Part shown: positions 20,767 through 30,590 of the stretch, in pieces | Numbering within the stretch: the stretch's first letter is position 1 | Layout: each line of letters starts with the position of its first letter | Source of the DNA: an uncultured Pseudobdellovibrionaceae bacterium | GTDB lineage: Bacteria > Bdellovibrionota_B > Oligoflexia > Oligoflexales > Bog-1112 | Direction: 5' to 3' | NCBI GenBank assembly: GCA_964611335.1 | Contig: CAZSXR010000003.1 | Location: forward strand, 461,265-525,264 | DNA length: 64,000 nt | Notes under the pieces: model-generated | Seen by the model: only the letters and a program-made list of their open reading frames with translations | Database searches by the model: none | Told to the model about the DNA's origin: nothing | Made by a program: the position numbers and the translations under genes

Positions 20767-21980
20767 GACGTGTGTTTTGGATCAATAATATTTGCAGTGT
20801 TTGTGTGGATTTTTGTTTCGTATTGTGAATCGATTTGTAAATTTTCAACGTGTGTGGTCTTTTCACCTTTGACGTTTTTGACAAAGTCAATTTTTTGCCG
20901 CATCACGCTTTTACGAGTCGAGTTTCCAATAGCATTCTCTTCATTGATAAGATTGTCGCTATAAAGACGAAGCAAGCATGTTTCGAAAGACTGCCACCCT
21001 AAAGCTTCGGAAGCTTCGATGATGTTGAAAAAATTCTTACGATCATCTTCACCGTTGATAATCACTTCCACGCTTCGTAAGTTGCTTCCCATAATTTCGT
21101 GAGCAGCGACGCGACCTCCATCTATTTTTTTTATCAGACGTTGACAAATAACCCATCGCAGTGTTTCTGCAAGACGGGCACGGATCTGTTCTTCCTGTTC
21201 TTTTTCAAACATCCCTACAATTCTGTTGATGGTCTGTCCGGCGTTTACAGTGTGCAAGGTGGAAAGAACAAGGTGTCCTGTTTCTGCAGCTGACAGAGCA
21301 ATTTCCATCGTCTCACGATCACGCATCTCACCGACTAGGATCACTTTAGGAGCTTGCCTTAAAGCTGCCTTTAACCCTGTTGGAAAGGTTTCAAAGTCGG
21401 TGCCAAGTTCGCGTTGGTTGAAAGTTGCTGAAATGTTTTCATGTACGAATTCTATAGGATCTTCGAGAGTGAGTATGTGTATGGACTCCGTTTCATTCAG
21501 ACTGCGAAGCATCGCTGCGAGTGTGGTTGATTTTCCGCTCCCAGTAGAACCTGTGACAAGGATGAGACCGTTTTTTTCTTTCGCAATCTCTCTGAATAAA
21601 GCGGGGGCTTTGAGGTCCAATAAAGTTGGTACTTTGGTTTCCAATTTACGCAATACTATTGAGAAATTTTTCTTCGTTGAAAAAATGTTGACACGAAAAC
21701 GTGCCTGACTTCGCAATTGATACGCCAAATCGCAGGAACCTGTTTTCACAAAAGTTGTGAGCAATCTTTCGCTATTTCCCATAAGAAGCATTGCCATCTG
21801 AGCTGTTTGATAGGGTGATAGGTAGGAAAAAGCGAGTTTAGGTGAAGCTTCCACTTCCGAAAGAGCTCCTACATGCTCGACTTGTAGAGGTTTGCGTATG
21901 GAAAAAATAATATCGGATATGTCTGAAGGAAAAATACTGAGCATTTTTGAAAGTATGTCATCGAAATCTGATTTTTCCAT
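20763..21980 (-). CDS. pilU: Type IV pilus retraction ATPase, PilU/PilT-like paralogue
   Basis: Walker A GSTGSGKSTT, Walker B ILVGEMRD, GHLVLSTLHT, and a C-terminal extension. It lies directly downstream of pilT. Confidence 0.78.
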   Translation of the reverse strand: MEKSDFDDILSKMLSIFPSDISDIIFSIRKPLQVEHVGALSEVEASPKLAFSYLSPYQTAQMAMLLMGNSERLLTTFVKTGSCDLAYQLRSQARFRVNIFSTKKNFSIVLRKLETKVPTLLDLKAPALFREIAKEKNGLILVTGSTGSGKSTTLAAMLRSLNETESIHILTLEDPIEFVHENISATFNQRELGTDFETFPTGLKAALRQAPKVILVGEMRDRETMEIALSAAETGHLVLSTLHTVNAGQTINRIVGMFEKEQEEQIRARLAETLRWVICQRLIKKIDGGRVAAHEIMGSNLRSVEVIINGEDDRKNFFNIIEASEALGWQSFETCLLRLYSDNLINEENAIGNSTRKSVMRQKIDFVKNVKGEKTTHVENLQIDSQYETKIHTNTANIIDPKHTS

Positions 21981-21992
21981 AAAGTGAACCTA

Positions 21993-23069
21993 CTAGTCAA
22001 ATAAAGTTTCCGAACTTTTCTTAATCATTTTTGCAAATAAGTCTTTGTTTATCGCTTTTTCATAAGCAAGTTCAGGAGTAATGTATCTAGCATTTAACAA
22101 TTCCGTAATCGCATCATCGAGTGTGCGCATACCTACTTTTTTCTGTGTTTGCATGATGCTTGTTATTTGAAAAGTCTTCGACTCTCGAATCAAGTTAGCG
22201 ACAGCGCTGGTGCATCCTAAAATTTCCAAAGCTGCCACACGACCTCCACCCGTCTTTTTAAAAAGAGCTTGAGCAACCACACCTTTGAGCGCCTCGGAAA
22301 GGGTTATACGTACTTTTTCCTGTTGGTCAGCAGGAAATACGTCGACGATACGATCTATAGTTTTTGTTGCACTTTGAGTGTGCAAAGTTCCAAAGACAAG
22401 GTGTCCCGTTGCTGCAGCTTCCAAGGCTAAAGAGATGGTTTCTAAGTCCCTCATCTCACCCACCATGATCACGTTTGGATCTTCCCGCAAAGCGCCTCGA
22501 AGAGCTGCTGCAAAAGATTTTGTATTGGTTCCTACTTCTCTGTGATTGATGGAACACAGCAAAGGTTGGTGTACAAATTCGATAGGATCTTCGATCGTTA
22601 GAATATGGGCTTTACGTGTTTTGTTGATGTAATCCACCATAGCGGCCAGTGTCGTAGATTTCCCACTTCCTGTAGGCCCTGTTACCAAAACCATTCCTCG
22701 CTCGAGTCCACAGAAAGCTTTTAAGGAAGGAGGCATTCCCAATTCTTCTAAAGATAAAATTTTAGAAGGGATAAGACGGAAGACAGCTCCCATCCCTCTC
22801 AGTTGATTGAAAAGATTTACACGAAAACGTCCGACATTTGGTAAAGCGTAGGCAAAATCCACATCACCGGTTTCTTCAAATTGTTTGATCTTTATTTCAG
22901 GAGTGATTTCATAAAGAATTTGCTTCAAGTAATCTTCTTGGAAGGGGGGATGATCGATACGCTCTATATCACCATGTAAACGAATCATAGGTTGCTGAGT
23001 GGCTGCAAGATGTAAATCGGAGGCTCCCGTTTCTTTCACTAAGTTTAAAAAGCCATCGATAAAAGCCAT
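21993..23069 (-). CDS. pilT: Twitching motility ATPase PilT
   Basis: GASDLHL, GPTGSGKSTTLAAM, IMVGEMRDLETI, GHLVFGTLHT. The likely start is MAFIDGF at 23069; the ORF track starts at 23099. Confidence 0.9.
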   Translation of the reverse strand: MAFIDGFLNLVKETGASDLHLAATQQPMIRLHGDIERIDHPPFQEDYLKQILYEITPEIKIKQFEETGDVDFAYALPNVGRFRVNLFNQLRGMGAVFRLIPSKILSLEELGMPPSLKAFCGLERGMVLVTGPTGSGKSTTLAAMVDYINKTRKAHILTIEDPIEFVHQPLLCSINHREVGTNTKSFAAALRGALREDPNVIMVGEMRDLETISLALEAAATGHLVFGTLHTQSATKTIDRIVDVFPADQQEKVRITLSEALKGVVAQALFKKTGGGRVAALEILGCTSAVANLIRESKTFQITSIMQTQKKVGMRTLDDAITELLNARYITPELAYEKAINKDLFAKMIKKSSETLFD

Positions 23070-23169
23070 ATGCGTCTTCCATCTTTTGTTTTTCTCCATT
23101 CTAACAGAGGGGAAGAATTCGGAACTAGGAAAAAACTCTCACCTTGTTTTCAAGGAATTCAAAATCTTG

Positions 23170-24627
23170 TTAACGAAGCCAGTCTGCAACACCTGATTTT
23201 TTAATCTCACGTGATTTGTTTATATTTTTAGCATAGTAAACAATGACGTTATTTTCCAAACTCCATAATCGGAAGCGACAAGAAGCTTTATCAATATCAC
23301 AGTCCATGGAATTCCACTCATTGTTGTAACAATACACACCCAAGAGTTGTATAACCAAAGACCAAATGCATAGAAACCCGATCATAGTTTTTGCAAGTTT
23401 CGATGAGATCTGTTCTATAGAAGGTGCAAGAAATAAGCACAAAAAAGGGCATGTTTCTAAAAGTGTCCTGTATCCATAAGTCCATCCTCCCCACCAATCA
23501 AACCAACTTGCTTGAATGAGTAAAAACGCAAGAGGAAGAGGAAGAAGATAACGGAAGAGCCTCCATTTTTCTTTTTTTAAAATCTCCCAGATCCCCAAAA
23601 AACACAGCAAAAATAAAGGGGAAAAGACAAAGAGTCCTCGTGATGGAGAAAAAAGCATGGCAGGTAAGCTTTCTAAAAAGTTCCACTGCCAAACTTCTCT
23701 AAAACCCGTTTTGCTTTTTGCAATTTCAGATGCAGCTTCCGTTTGTGCAAAATAAAAGGGAGAGCCAAAGGCGCTATCATTGTAATACATCTGTAAAAGA
23801 AGAAAGGGTGTAAGACCTATTATAAAAAGAGGTATTCTCTTAAAATTACCAAGAGCCAAGAAACTCAAACCCAAAAGAGGAAGAAGCATAAAATTTGTAG
23901 GTCTGCATAACATTGCGAAACCAACAGAAAGAGCACAAAACAAAGTGAAATACTGGGTTTTCCTCATGTCATTTTCAGATTTCGAAAGTTCACTTTTCAA
24001 AAAGAAATAAACAGAAAGGATAAGAAAAAATATAGAGGGACTTTGTTGCCATAACGTTTGACTTGCAACGCTGTAAACACAGGTTCCAAATGCGTAGAAG
24101 AAGCTAATAAAGAGAGCGATGTTGGAACTTGTAAACAAACTTAATATGAGAAAGACAAGCATCACGGAAAGAGCAATATAGCTTGCTGCTGTGATTTTAC
24201 CTGTAAACCATAAAACTTTCTTACTGTTTAAAAGTTTATAATTGTAAGTTGCAAGTGCTGCATAAAAAGGAACAGCAGCTAAACTGCTACCGATTCCAAA
24301 AATGTTAGCAAATTTGTGATTGTTCTGTGTTTTTATAAAAGAATAGGTGTTGATTTCTGGTCTAATCAAACCTCCCAAAAAATATTCGGGATACATATCC
24401 ATGAGAATAGAGACGACACGAATGTTGATGGGAGTCCATTGGCTGTTGATGTGAAAACCCCAATTAAAGAGTTCGGGAAATTTATAAGCATCAACTGTGA
24501 GTTCACCATATTTAAAAATAGAAACGGGAAGATTGATGTTGGGAGTTGCGTCATTTCCGATGAGAAAGACTTTGTAATCGATGAGATAGACGCTCAGAGC
24601 GAAGAAGAAAACAAATATGGCTTTCAA
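23170..24627 (-). CDS. Polytopic membrane protein, putative GT-C/PMT-like glycosyltransferase
   Basis: 485 aa with at least 11 TM helices. TTG start. No soluble catalytic domain is recognisable, so the call rests on architecture alone. Confidence 0.45.
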   Translation of the reverse strand: MKAIFVFFFALSVYLIDYKVFLIGNDATPNINLPVSIFKYGELTVDAYKFPELFNWGFHINSQWTPINIRVVSILMDMYPEYFLGGLIRPEINTYSFIKTQNNHKFANIFGIGSSLAAVPFYAALATYNYKLLNSKKVLWFTGKITAASYIALSVMLVFLILSLFTSSNIALFISFFYAFGTCVYSVASQTLWQQSPSIFFLILSVYFFLKSELSKSENDMRKTQYFTLFCALSVGFAMLCRPTNFMLLPLLGLSFLALGNFKRIPLFIIGLTPFLLLQMYYNDSAFGSPFYFAQTEAASEIAKSKTGFREVWQWNFLESLPAMLFSPSRGLFVFSPLFLLCFLGIWEILKKEKWRLFRYLLPLPLAFLLIQASWFDWWGGWTYGYRTLLETCPFLCLFLAPSIEQISSKLAKTMIGFLCIWSLVIQLLGVYCYNNEWNSMDCDIDKASCRFRLWSLENNVIVYYAKNINKSREIKKSGVADWLR

Positions 24628-24633
24628 TTTTTA

Positions 24634-24672
24634 CCTCATTGGGAATCTTAATAAGATTATACGCCAATGAGG
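24634..24672 (-). promoter_or_regulatory. Two-tier stem-loop between glyQS and the downstream membrane-protein gene; it occludes that gene's GAGG ribosome-binding site
   Basis: CCTCATTGG (24634-24642) pairs with CCAATGAGG (24664-24672). An inner AATCTT/AAGATT stem is also present. On the minus strand the 3' arm contains GAGG 6 nt upstream of TTG 24627. Confidence 0.4.
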
Positions 24673-24679
24673 TCTATTT

Positions 24680-26200
24680 TTAGGCGAGGCTTTCGAGATG
24701 AGATTGGATTTTAGAAACAGCCTCTTCAATTGGAATCCGTTCTTGAAGAGTTGTATCTCGGTAACGCACTGTGACCTGATTGTCAGTCAAAGAATTTTGA
24801 TCGATTGTCATACAGTATGGTGTACCGATTTCATCATGGCGAGCATAGCGTCTCCCAATGGATTGGTTCTCATCATAACTGATTTTAATTCCCTTCTTCC
24901 GGAACATAGCTGCAATTTTACGAGCGAGTTCTGGTTGCCCATCTTTTTTCACAAGAGGGAGAATCGCAACTTTGTAGGGCGCAAGTCGGGGATGAATTTT
25001 TAAAACCGTACGCGTTTTTTCCGCACCGTTTGCATCCACCAAAGTTTCTTCGCAGTAGGCATCTAAAAGTGTGCAAAGCACCATACGTGTAAGACCTAAA
25101 GATGGTTCAATTACGTAAGGAACATATCTCCAACCTTTTTTACCAGACTGTGGATCTTCTTTTTCTGCATCGAAATAACTCAATTTTGTTCCTGAAGCTT
25201 TCGCATGCTGATTCAAATCATAATCTGTGCGAGAAGCAATCCCTTCGATTTCATCCCAACCCCATGGGTAAAGATATTCAACGTCGTCGCAACCGTCAGC
25301 ATAGTGTGCAAGTTCTTTGTCTTCATGTGGTCGCAAACGGAAATTTTCAGGATGGTTAGAATATTTGCGATGCCACGAAAGACGTTCTTGTTTCCAATAT
25401 TGGAACCACTCCTTTTGAGAACCTGGCTCACAGAAAAATTCAAGTTCCATCTGTTCGAATTCACAAGAACGGAAAACAAAGTGTTCAGTGATGATCTCGT
25501 TACGGAAAGATTTACCGATCTGTGCGATACCAAAAGGAATTTTGGCAGACATGCTTTGTTGTACATTTAGAAATTGTACAAACATAGCTTGTGCTGTTTC
25601 TGGTCGAAGGTAAACACTCGAAGGACCTTCTTGAATCTCAAAAACTTTTTGTTTGAGAGTTTCCTTGCTCGTGCCCTCTTCGTATTGTTTTTCAACATAT
25701 TCTATAAGAGGATCGATGGGACCCATCGTTGCACGAAACATCCCACGGAATTGTCGTTCTTCCGAAAGAGTCGAAGCTCCACACTTCGGACAAACATATC
25801 CACGTTCTACAATCCCAGTTTTCGTAGCACCTTTAGCAAGGCCTCCGACTTTGAATTCAACTTTAGAACCTACGTCTTTGCGAGGAGCTTTGTCTGCGCG
25901 GAAACGTTCCTGACAGTTGAGGCAGTCCACAAGGGGGTCTGTGAAATTTGCAAGATGGCCGGAAGCTTTCCATACATCTGTATGCATCATGATCGAGGCG
26001 TCCATTCCATAGACATCCTCGCGCTCATAAACCATGCGCCGCCACCATTCGTCAGCGATGTTTTTTTTCAACTCGGTTCCTAAAGGGCCGTAGTCATAGC
26101 AGGATTTCAAAGCACCATAAATCTCACTGCTTTGAAAAATAAATCCGCGTCGTTTGCATAAAGAAACTATCTTGTTCATCAGGTCTATAGAGTTCGACAT
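24680..26200 (-). CDS. glyQS: Glycine--tRNA ligase (dimeric GlyQS type)
   Basis: N-terminal RRGFIFQSSEIYGALKSCYDYGPLGTELKKNI, class II motifs (FRNEI, GLTR), the insertion with CLNCQERFRAD...CPKCG, and a C-terminal anticodon-binding domain. Confidence 0.92.
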   Translation of the reverse strand: MSNSIDLMNKIVSLCKRRGFIFQSSEIYGALKSCYDYGPLGTELKKNIADEWWRRMVYEREDVYGMDASIMMHTDVWKASGHLANFTDPLVDCLNCQERFRADKAPRKDVGSKVEFKVGGLAKGATKTGIVERGYVCPKCGASTLSEERQFRGMFRATMGPIDPLIEYVEKQYEEGTSKETLKQKVFEIQEGPSSVYLRPETAQAMFVQFLNVQQSMSAKIPFGIAQIGKSFRNEIITEHFVFRSCEFEQMELEFFCEPGSQKEWFQYWKQERLSWHRKYSNHPENFRLRPHEDKELAHYADGCDDVEYLYPWGWDEIEGIASRTDYDLNQHAKASGTKLSYFDAEKEDPQSGKKGWRYVPYVIEPSLGLTRMVLCTLLDAYCEETLVDANGAEKTRTVLKIHPRLAPYKVAILPLVKKDGQPELARKIAAMFRKKGIKISYDENQSIGRRYARHDEIGTPYCMTIDQNSLTDNQVTVRYRDTTLQERIPIEEAVSKIQSHLESLA

Positions 26201-26262
26201 ATAAGGTGCCCTTCGTTGCGTTAGAGAGGCAAAACTAGACTATCTTGTGTGCAGAGACAACA

Positions 26263-28023
26263 CTATTGTGTGAGGGAGTTTGTAACAAGATGGGTTCGAA
26301 GATCATCGAGTTCTTTGTATTCCGCATAAAGACGAGCGAGTGCCCCTTGTGCCGCAATCATATCGTTTGCAAATTGGTTCCAAGGATTGGAATCACCACT
26401 CAGTGAGAAAGCACCTCCAGCATAGAAAGATGCAAAGCTTCCTATCAGTATAGAAACAGCTCCCACTCCGTGGAGTATGTTAGATGTTTTTCCCATACTT
26501 TTTTTGAGGTCAGATGAGGAGAGTTTTTTGTCAGGTACATCAACTCCTGCAGCATTAGGTATTGTATGCCCTTCACCTATTGTGCTTCCGAATAAGGAGT
26601 TTTTTATTTTTGTAGAAATATCATATTTTGATGTCGTATTGGTCACGGGAACATCAGAAAGCACGTATCTTTTTTTGCCCGTTGTTGGGTCTGTTCCTAT
26701 TTCCGTTAGATGTTTCCCTTCATACAAAAATACTTTACGTGTGCCCTCAGCAGTAAAAGCCCACGAGAACTTTTTTGATTTAACGTTTTCGATAGGGGCA
26801 CCAGCACTGTCCACTAGTAAGAAGTCATTTTTTTTCCTAAACTCCTTCAAAGGCATAGCGTGTGCGTCTTTTATAATCTTTGCCGCTAAGTAGACTCCCC
26901 AAACTATAGAAGCACCCAGTAAAACACCTCCGAGTATTTCGTATTTCGAATTGTAAGTGGTGTTGTATCCAACCTTTGCACCATTCGCAACAGTACCACT
27001 CGTTGTCGTTGTACTCGTTCCTGTCGGTGTCAGAATGTTTAAAGCTGTGCTTGGATTACCTTGATCTCCATAATTTTGTCGTGCTGTATTTAAAATCTGA
27101 TCAAGGTTAAGACCTCCTCCTGTTACGCCTGTGTTGACTGTCACTGGTGTTTGACCAGAGTTGGTAGAGCTATCGACACAGGGACTCCCTGTCTCTGTAA
27201 GGTTTAGGTTTTGATCTTTTAAAGTATTTGCTGTGTTTGCAAAACCTTCATAAAGTTCAGAGGAGAAAATATCAACGAAGTCTGTCTGTCTTTGAGTGAA
27301 AAGTTGTGCAAGAGAAATTTCCATTTGCTGTGCGCTTGTGAGTTGAGGAGATTTTGTGTCGACACTGTTGAGAAAGTGATCCGCTGCATCTGCTAACCAA
27401 AGTGCAACGATCTTTCTTTCCTTTATGTTCTCCTGAATAAGAGCGAGTGTGTCCTGCAGCGTCGATTTGGAATTAACTTGATTCTGATAAGGGGTCGAAA
27501 CTTCAGGTCCACAAGGAGTGTCGGGTTCAAGCAGGCGGAATGTAGATGCACAAGCTTGGGCGCTGATAGTTAAAGTTCCTGACCTACAAGAAGAGGGCAA
27601 GTGGATTTCATCAAAAAATGAAGAGCCCGTTTGTCCGTTAAGACATATTTTATTGTTTGCATCGAGGATTTTGTATTTTGCAAAGTCAGGATATTCATCA
27701 GCATTTTTGGAAGCGATAGGACTTATTTGTAAAAGAATAGAATTTTGATTATCTGCATAATTTAAAGTCACATAACTAGGCGTTTGAATTTTTAAATTCG
27801 AAGCATGGATTTTTACAATAGGCGCAAGACCAAAAGCATTTTGTACCTGTTCGGGGGTGATAGAACACTGTGATTCTATGCTGCCTGTATTTAGCACAGC
27901 AGACTGATTTGATTTTTTTTGAGTGGGTGTAGGGTTTTTACATTGTAGAATAAAGAAAGATATAAAACAAAAAAACCAAGGACTTCGTAAAAATCGTAAG
28001 TGATAGAAATTGTGAGCGTGCAC
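26263..28023 (-). CDS. Hypothetical exported/membrane protein
   Basis: 586-aa ORF. N-terminal hydrophobic segment ending ILQC (lipobox-like), a Thr/Gly-rich middle, and two later hydrophobic helices. No family recognised. Confidence 0.45.
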   Translation of the reverse strand: MHAHNFYHLRFLRSPWFFCFISFFILQCKNPTPTQKKSNQSAVLNTGSIESQCSITPEQVQNAFGLAPIVKIHASNLKIQTPSYVTLNYADNQNSILLQISPIASKNADEYPDFAKYKILDANNKICLNGQTGSSFFDEIHLPSSCRSGTLTISAQACASTFRLLEPDTPCGPEVSTPYQNQVNSKSTLQDTLALIQENIKERKIVALWLADAADHFLNSVDTKSPQLTSAQQMEISLAQLFTQRQTDFVDIFSSELYEGFANTANTLKDQNLNLTETGSPCVDSSTNSGQTPVTVNTGVTGGGLNLDQILNTARQNYGDQGNPSTALNILTPTGTSTTTTSGTVANGAKVGYNTTYNSKYEILGGVLLGASIVWGVYLAAKIIKDAHAMPLKEFRKKNDFLLVDSAGAPIENVKSKKFSWAFTAEGTRKVFLYEGKHLTEIGTDPTTGKKRYVLSDVPVTNTTSKYDISTKIKNSLFGSTIGEGHTIPNAAGVDVPDKKLSSSDLKKSMGKTSNILHGVGAVSILIGSFASFYAGGAFSLSGDSNPWNQFANDMIAAQGALARLYAEYKELDDLRTHLVTNSLTQ

Positions 28024-28116
28024 TTCAAAGCCCTCATAATAGTTGAAAACGAGTCTGAGAATCTATCGGATGAATATCGAGGTTTTTGAGTAATGACCTT
28101 TCTGAAGGGATAGAGA

Positions 28117-28368
28117 ATGAGAAAAGAAGTCTTTCTTTACAGCGGGTTATTTCTAGGAATGAGCTTTTGTACACCTAGGAGTCAAGAGAGGAAAAAGGGT
28201 CCCGAAGGAACCCAGCAGATACAATGGGATAAAGACTTACAGAACAAAATTTCAGAAAATTATTTTGAAAAAGAGAAAAACCAAAAGTGTCCTTGTTCTT
28301 GCGGACAACAAACTGTCACAGTAACCATTACAGACACACAAACACAGACACACATACAAGCTGATTAA
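28117..28368 (+). CDS. Small hypothetical protein (doubtful)
   Basis: 83-aa ORF with a weak signal/lipobox (LGMSFC). The tail is encoded by CA-rich low-complexity DNA (TVTVTITDTQTQTH). Confidence 0.2.
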   Translation: MRKEVFLYSGLFLGMSFCTPRSQERKKGPEGTQQIQWDKDLQNKISENYFEKEKNQKCPCSCGQQTVTVTITDTQTQTHIQAD

Positions 28369-28472
28369 AAGACCCGCCTTCTCTCAAAGACTTGATCTTG
28401 CCTTCGCGAAAATTTCTTTGTACTATGCGAGCCCATTGATTCCTGTTTTAAATTCCGCGCCTGAGGACTCCT

Positions 28473-29867
28473 GTGCAATTCACTCTCACAGTATTAATAC
28501 CGCTATTTATGTTTCTCACTCTCTCTATGTCCTGCGAAAAATCTACAAGCTTTTCAAAAAAAGAAGAGGTTGCTCGCATAAATCAAGGAACTCCTCTTTT
28601 TTACCCCCTCGCGGATCCTGATTGCAGCGAAGAACATGCTGTTAAATCGATTGCAGACAAAGATGGCTTTATAAAAGTTTGGCTAGGTTCACAAAATTCC
28701 GTCCAATTAACGCATGTGCGTCTCTCACATGAGATTTCAGGAAGTGGATTGCAATCAGATTTTATGAGTGAGGCTATTTGGGGGCGAGAAGTTCAATATG
28801 AGCTAGCTTGTAAAACGCAGAAAGATGGTTCGGAGCTTTGCGGAGATTATAGCAATAAAGTTGTGTACCAAGGTAAGAGGCTTTTTTTCTGTAAGGTAGG
28901 AGGCGATTATCCTCGCGAGTCTTTGGAGAATGTGGCTCTTGCAAGTCTTGTAGGAATGTATAAGACCTATTCTATGCATCATCATTTGTATCCTGATAGA
29001 CCTCTTCCCAAAGTAACCTTGCTTGTTCACCCTCGTATCACGGATCGCAAATATACTAACAACCAAGCTATAAAAGACGCGGTTTCTTTTGATATCAGTA
29101 GAGTGCGAACAGACAATGCTTATTGGTTTCTTACGGGAAGTGATGGGATAGCGATTGCTGCTGTTCCTGAAAGTTTAGAAAAAAGAAGATTTTTAAAAGG
29201 AGATCAGGGCCATTTTTGGGAAATGCCTTCCATCATGGGGCATGAGTATGGGCACCACATGTTTCATTATTACGCGCCGTCGCTTTCTGTCTCTTCTGTT
29301 AATAATTTTGTGAACACACCTGACATGATACTTGCAAGTTCTGCGATCAATGAAGGATTTGCAGACCTCATTGCTTATTTTACATATCTTCAAGAATATC
29401 CGGACTTAGGTTGGTTTGTTTTGGACGATGTTCTGTTTAACAGAGAAGTTTCTAAGGCACATTTTTCGGATGGTTCTGAAAAAGCATTGGAAGAGTGGTT
29501 TTTACACCACTATTTTCGTCAAACGACACCCTTCCCTGCAAATAAACACCAAGCAGATCCTTCAGATGATCATGCAGTAGGCGCCATTCTTGCGCACGGT
29601 TTATACAAAATTTTTTATCCCACGACAAAGAGCTCCATATCTGAGGCCTTTCAGAAAAGTGTGGAGTGGGTTCAGAGAATGGAAGAGCATTTTCAAGAAG
29701 ATGCTCAATTGGAATCTTCACAGTTACTTGAAAAATCTGTGTTTCATGCAGTCTCTCTCGTCAAAGAGAATGAAGTTGACAATAAAGACAGTGCATACTG
29801 TGCGGTTATTCGAAAAGTATTTCCGACGTTTTTAGAACTTGGATGTACAGAAGGGATGTCTCCATGA
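28473..29867 (+). CDS. Putative zinc metalloprotease lipoprotein
   Basis: Signal plus lipobox LSMSC. HEYGHHMFHY is a HExxH motif, followed ~30 aa later by EGFAD (a possible third ligand). Confidence 0.58.
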   Translation: MQFTLTVLIPLFMFLTLSMSCEKSTSFSKKEEVARINQGTPLFYPLADPDCSEEHAVKSIADKDGFIKVWLGSQNSVQLTHVRLSHEISGSGLQSDFMSEAIWGREVQYELACKTQKDGSELCGDYSNKVVYQGKRLFFCKVGGDYPRESLENVALASLVGMYKTYSMHHHLYPDRPLPKVTLLVHPRITDRKYTNNQAIKDAVSFDISRVRTDNAYWFLTGSDGIAIAAVPESLEKRRFLKGDQGHFWEMPSIMGHEYGHHMFHYYAPSLSVSSVNNFVNTPDMILASSAINEGFADLIAYFTYLQEYPDLGWFVLDDVLFNREVSKAHFSDGSEKALEEWFLHHYFRQTTPFPANKHQADPSDDHAVGAILAHGLYKIFYPTTKSSISEAFQKSVEWVQRMEEHFQEDAQLESSQLLEKSVFHAVSLVKENEVDNKDSAYCAVIRKVFPTFLELGCTEGMSP

Positions 29868-30535
29868 GGGTATTTTTCACAGTTCTACTTTTCTTCTTAT
29901 CGAATCTCATTTTTGCGGTGCAATGGGATACGAGTGCTCAATTTGGTAAACGCTGGTCTGAAATGAACGAGAGAGTGTATTTGAGCAATCAGAGTTATTC
30001 TTTTGCTTTGCATGCAAATTTAAAAAACGCAAAGCAAATTCATTTTCTTTTCGGTCCCTCCTACGTGTTTGATTTTTATACGGAAGAAGATCTTTGTGAG
30101 ACAAGAGGATGTTTTTCTCAATCTCATCATAAAATAGGTATAGATTTCGGGAGTGGATTTGTTTTTGAAGGTCTCACTCTTTTTGCACTTGCTCGTGTTG
30201 TTCTTCACGGTCGTGGGAATCAAACTTTGAGTGGGAAATCGCGATTGGTTTTCCCAGCATCGTTAAAGCTTTTTGACAATGGAACGAACGAAGGTGAGTT
30301 GATCAGTCGGACTTTGGGTTATGATCTGATCTTTGGTGCCAAATGGTCATTGATTGATCAGCTTTTTCTAACGGTATCTTTTGAAAATGCGTATGAAAAA
30401 AATCGTATCATCGATGGCGAAGTGCAAATCCGCAATGGGAAAGGGGATGAGTTAACTTTAAATTCGAGCATGAACACGGAGTGGATTCGCAATAACTCCA
30501 GTGCTTTTTATTTTGGATTAGCGTATACAATTTAA
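29864..30535 (+). CDS. Putative outer-membrane beta-barrel protein
   Basis: Start MRVFFTVLLFFLSNLIFA (signal peptide) overlaps the upstream stop (ATGA at 29864-29867). It has alternating hydrophobic beta-strand patterns and a C-terminal FYFGLAYTI. Confidence 0.5.
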   Translation: MRVFFTVLLFFLSNLIFAVQWDTSAQFGKRWSEMNERVYLSNQSYSFALHANLKNAKQIHFLFGPSYVFDFYTEEDLCETRGCFSQSHHKIGIDFGSGFVFEGLTLFALARVVLHGRGNQTLSGKSRLVFPASLKLFDNGTNEGELISRTLGYDLIFGAKWSLIDQLFLTVSFENAYEKNRIIDGEVQIRNGKGDELTLNSSMNTEWIRNNSSAFYFGLAYTI

Positions 30536-30590
30536 GATGTTATGGCGGTAATGGCGTAGATTGGATCGAAATTATTGAAAGGTCTAATGG

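Noticed and set aside
21226-21708. 160-aa plus-strand ORF inside pilU. Similar long antisense ORFs occur elsewhere (e.g. 25574-26083 in glyQS, 26477-26893, 12300-12695, 45498-45845, 52649-53002).
   Set aside because: All lie wholly inside strongly supported genes on the opposite strand. They lack RBSs and have low-complexity or implausible composition.
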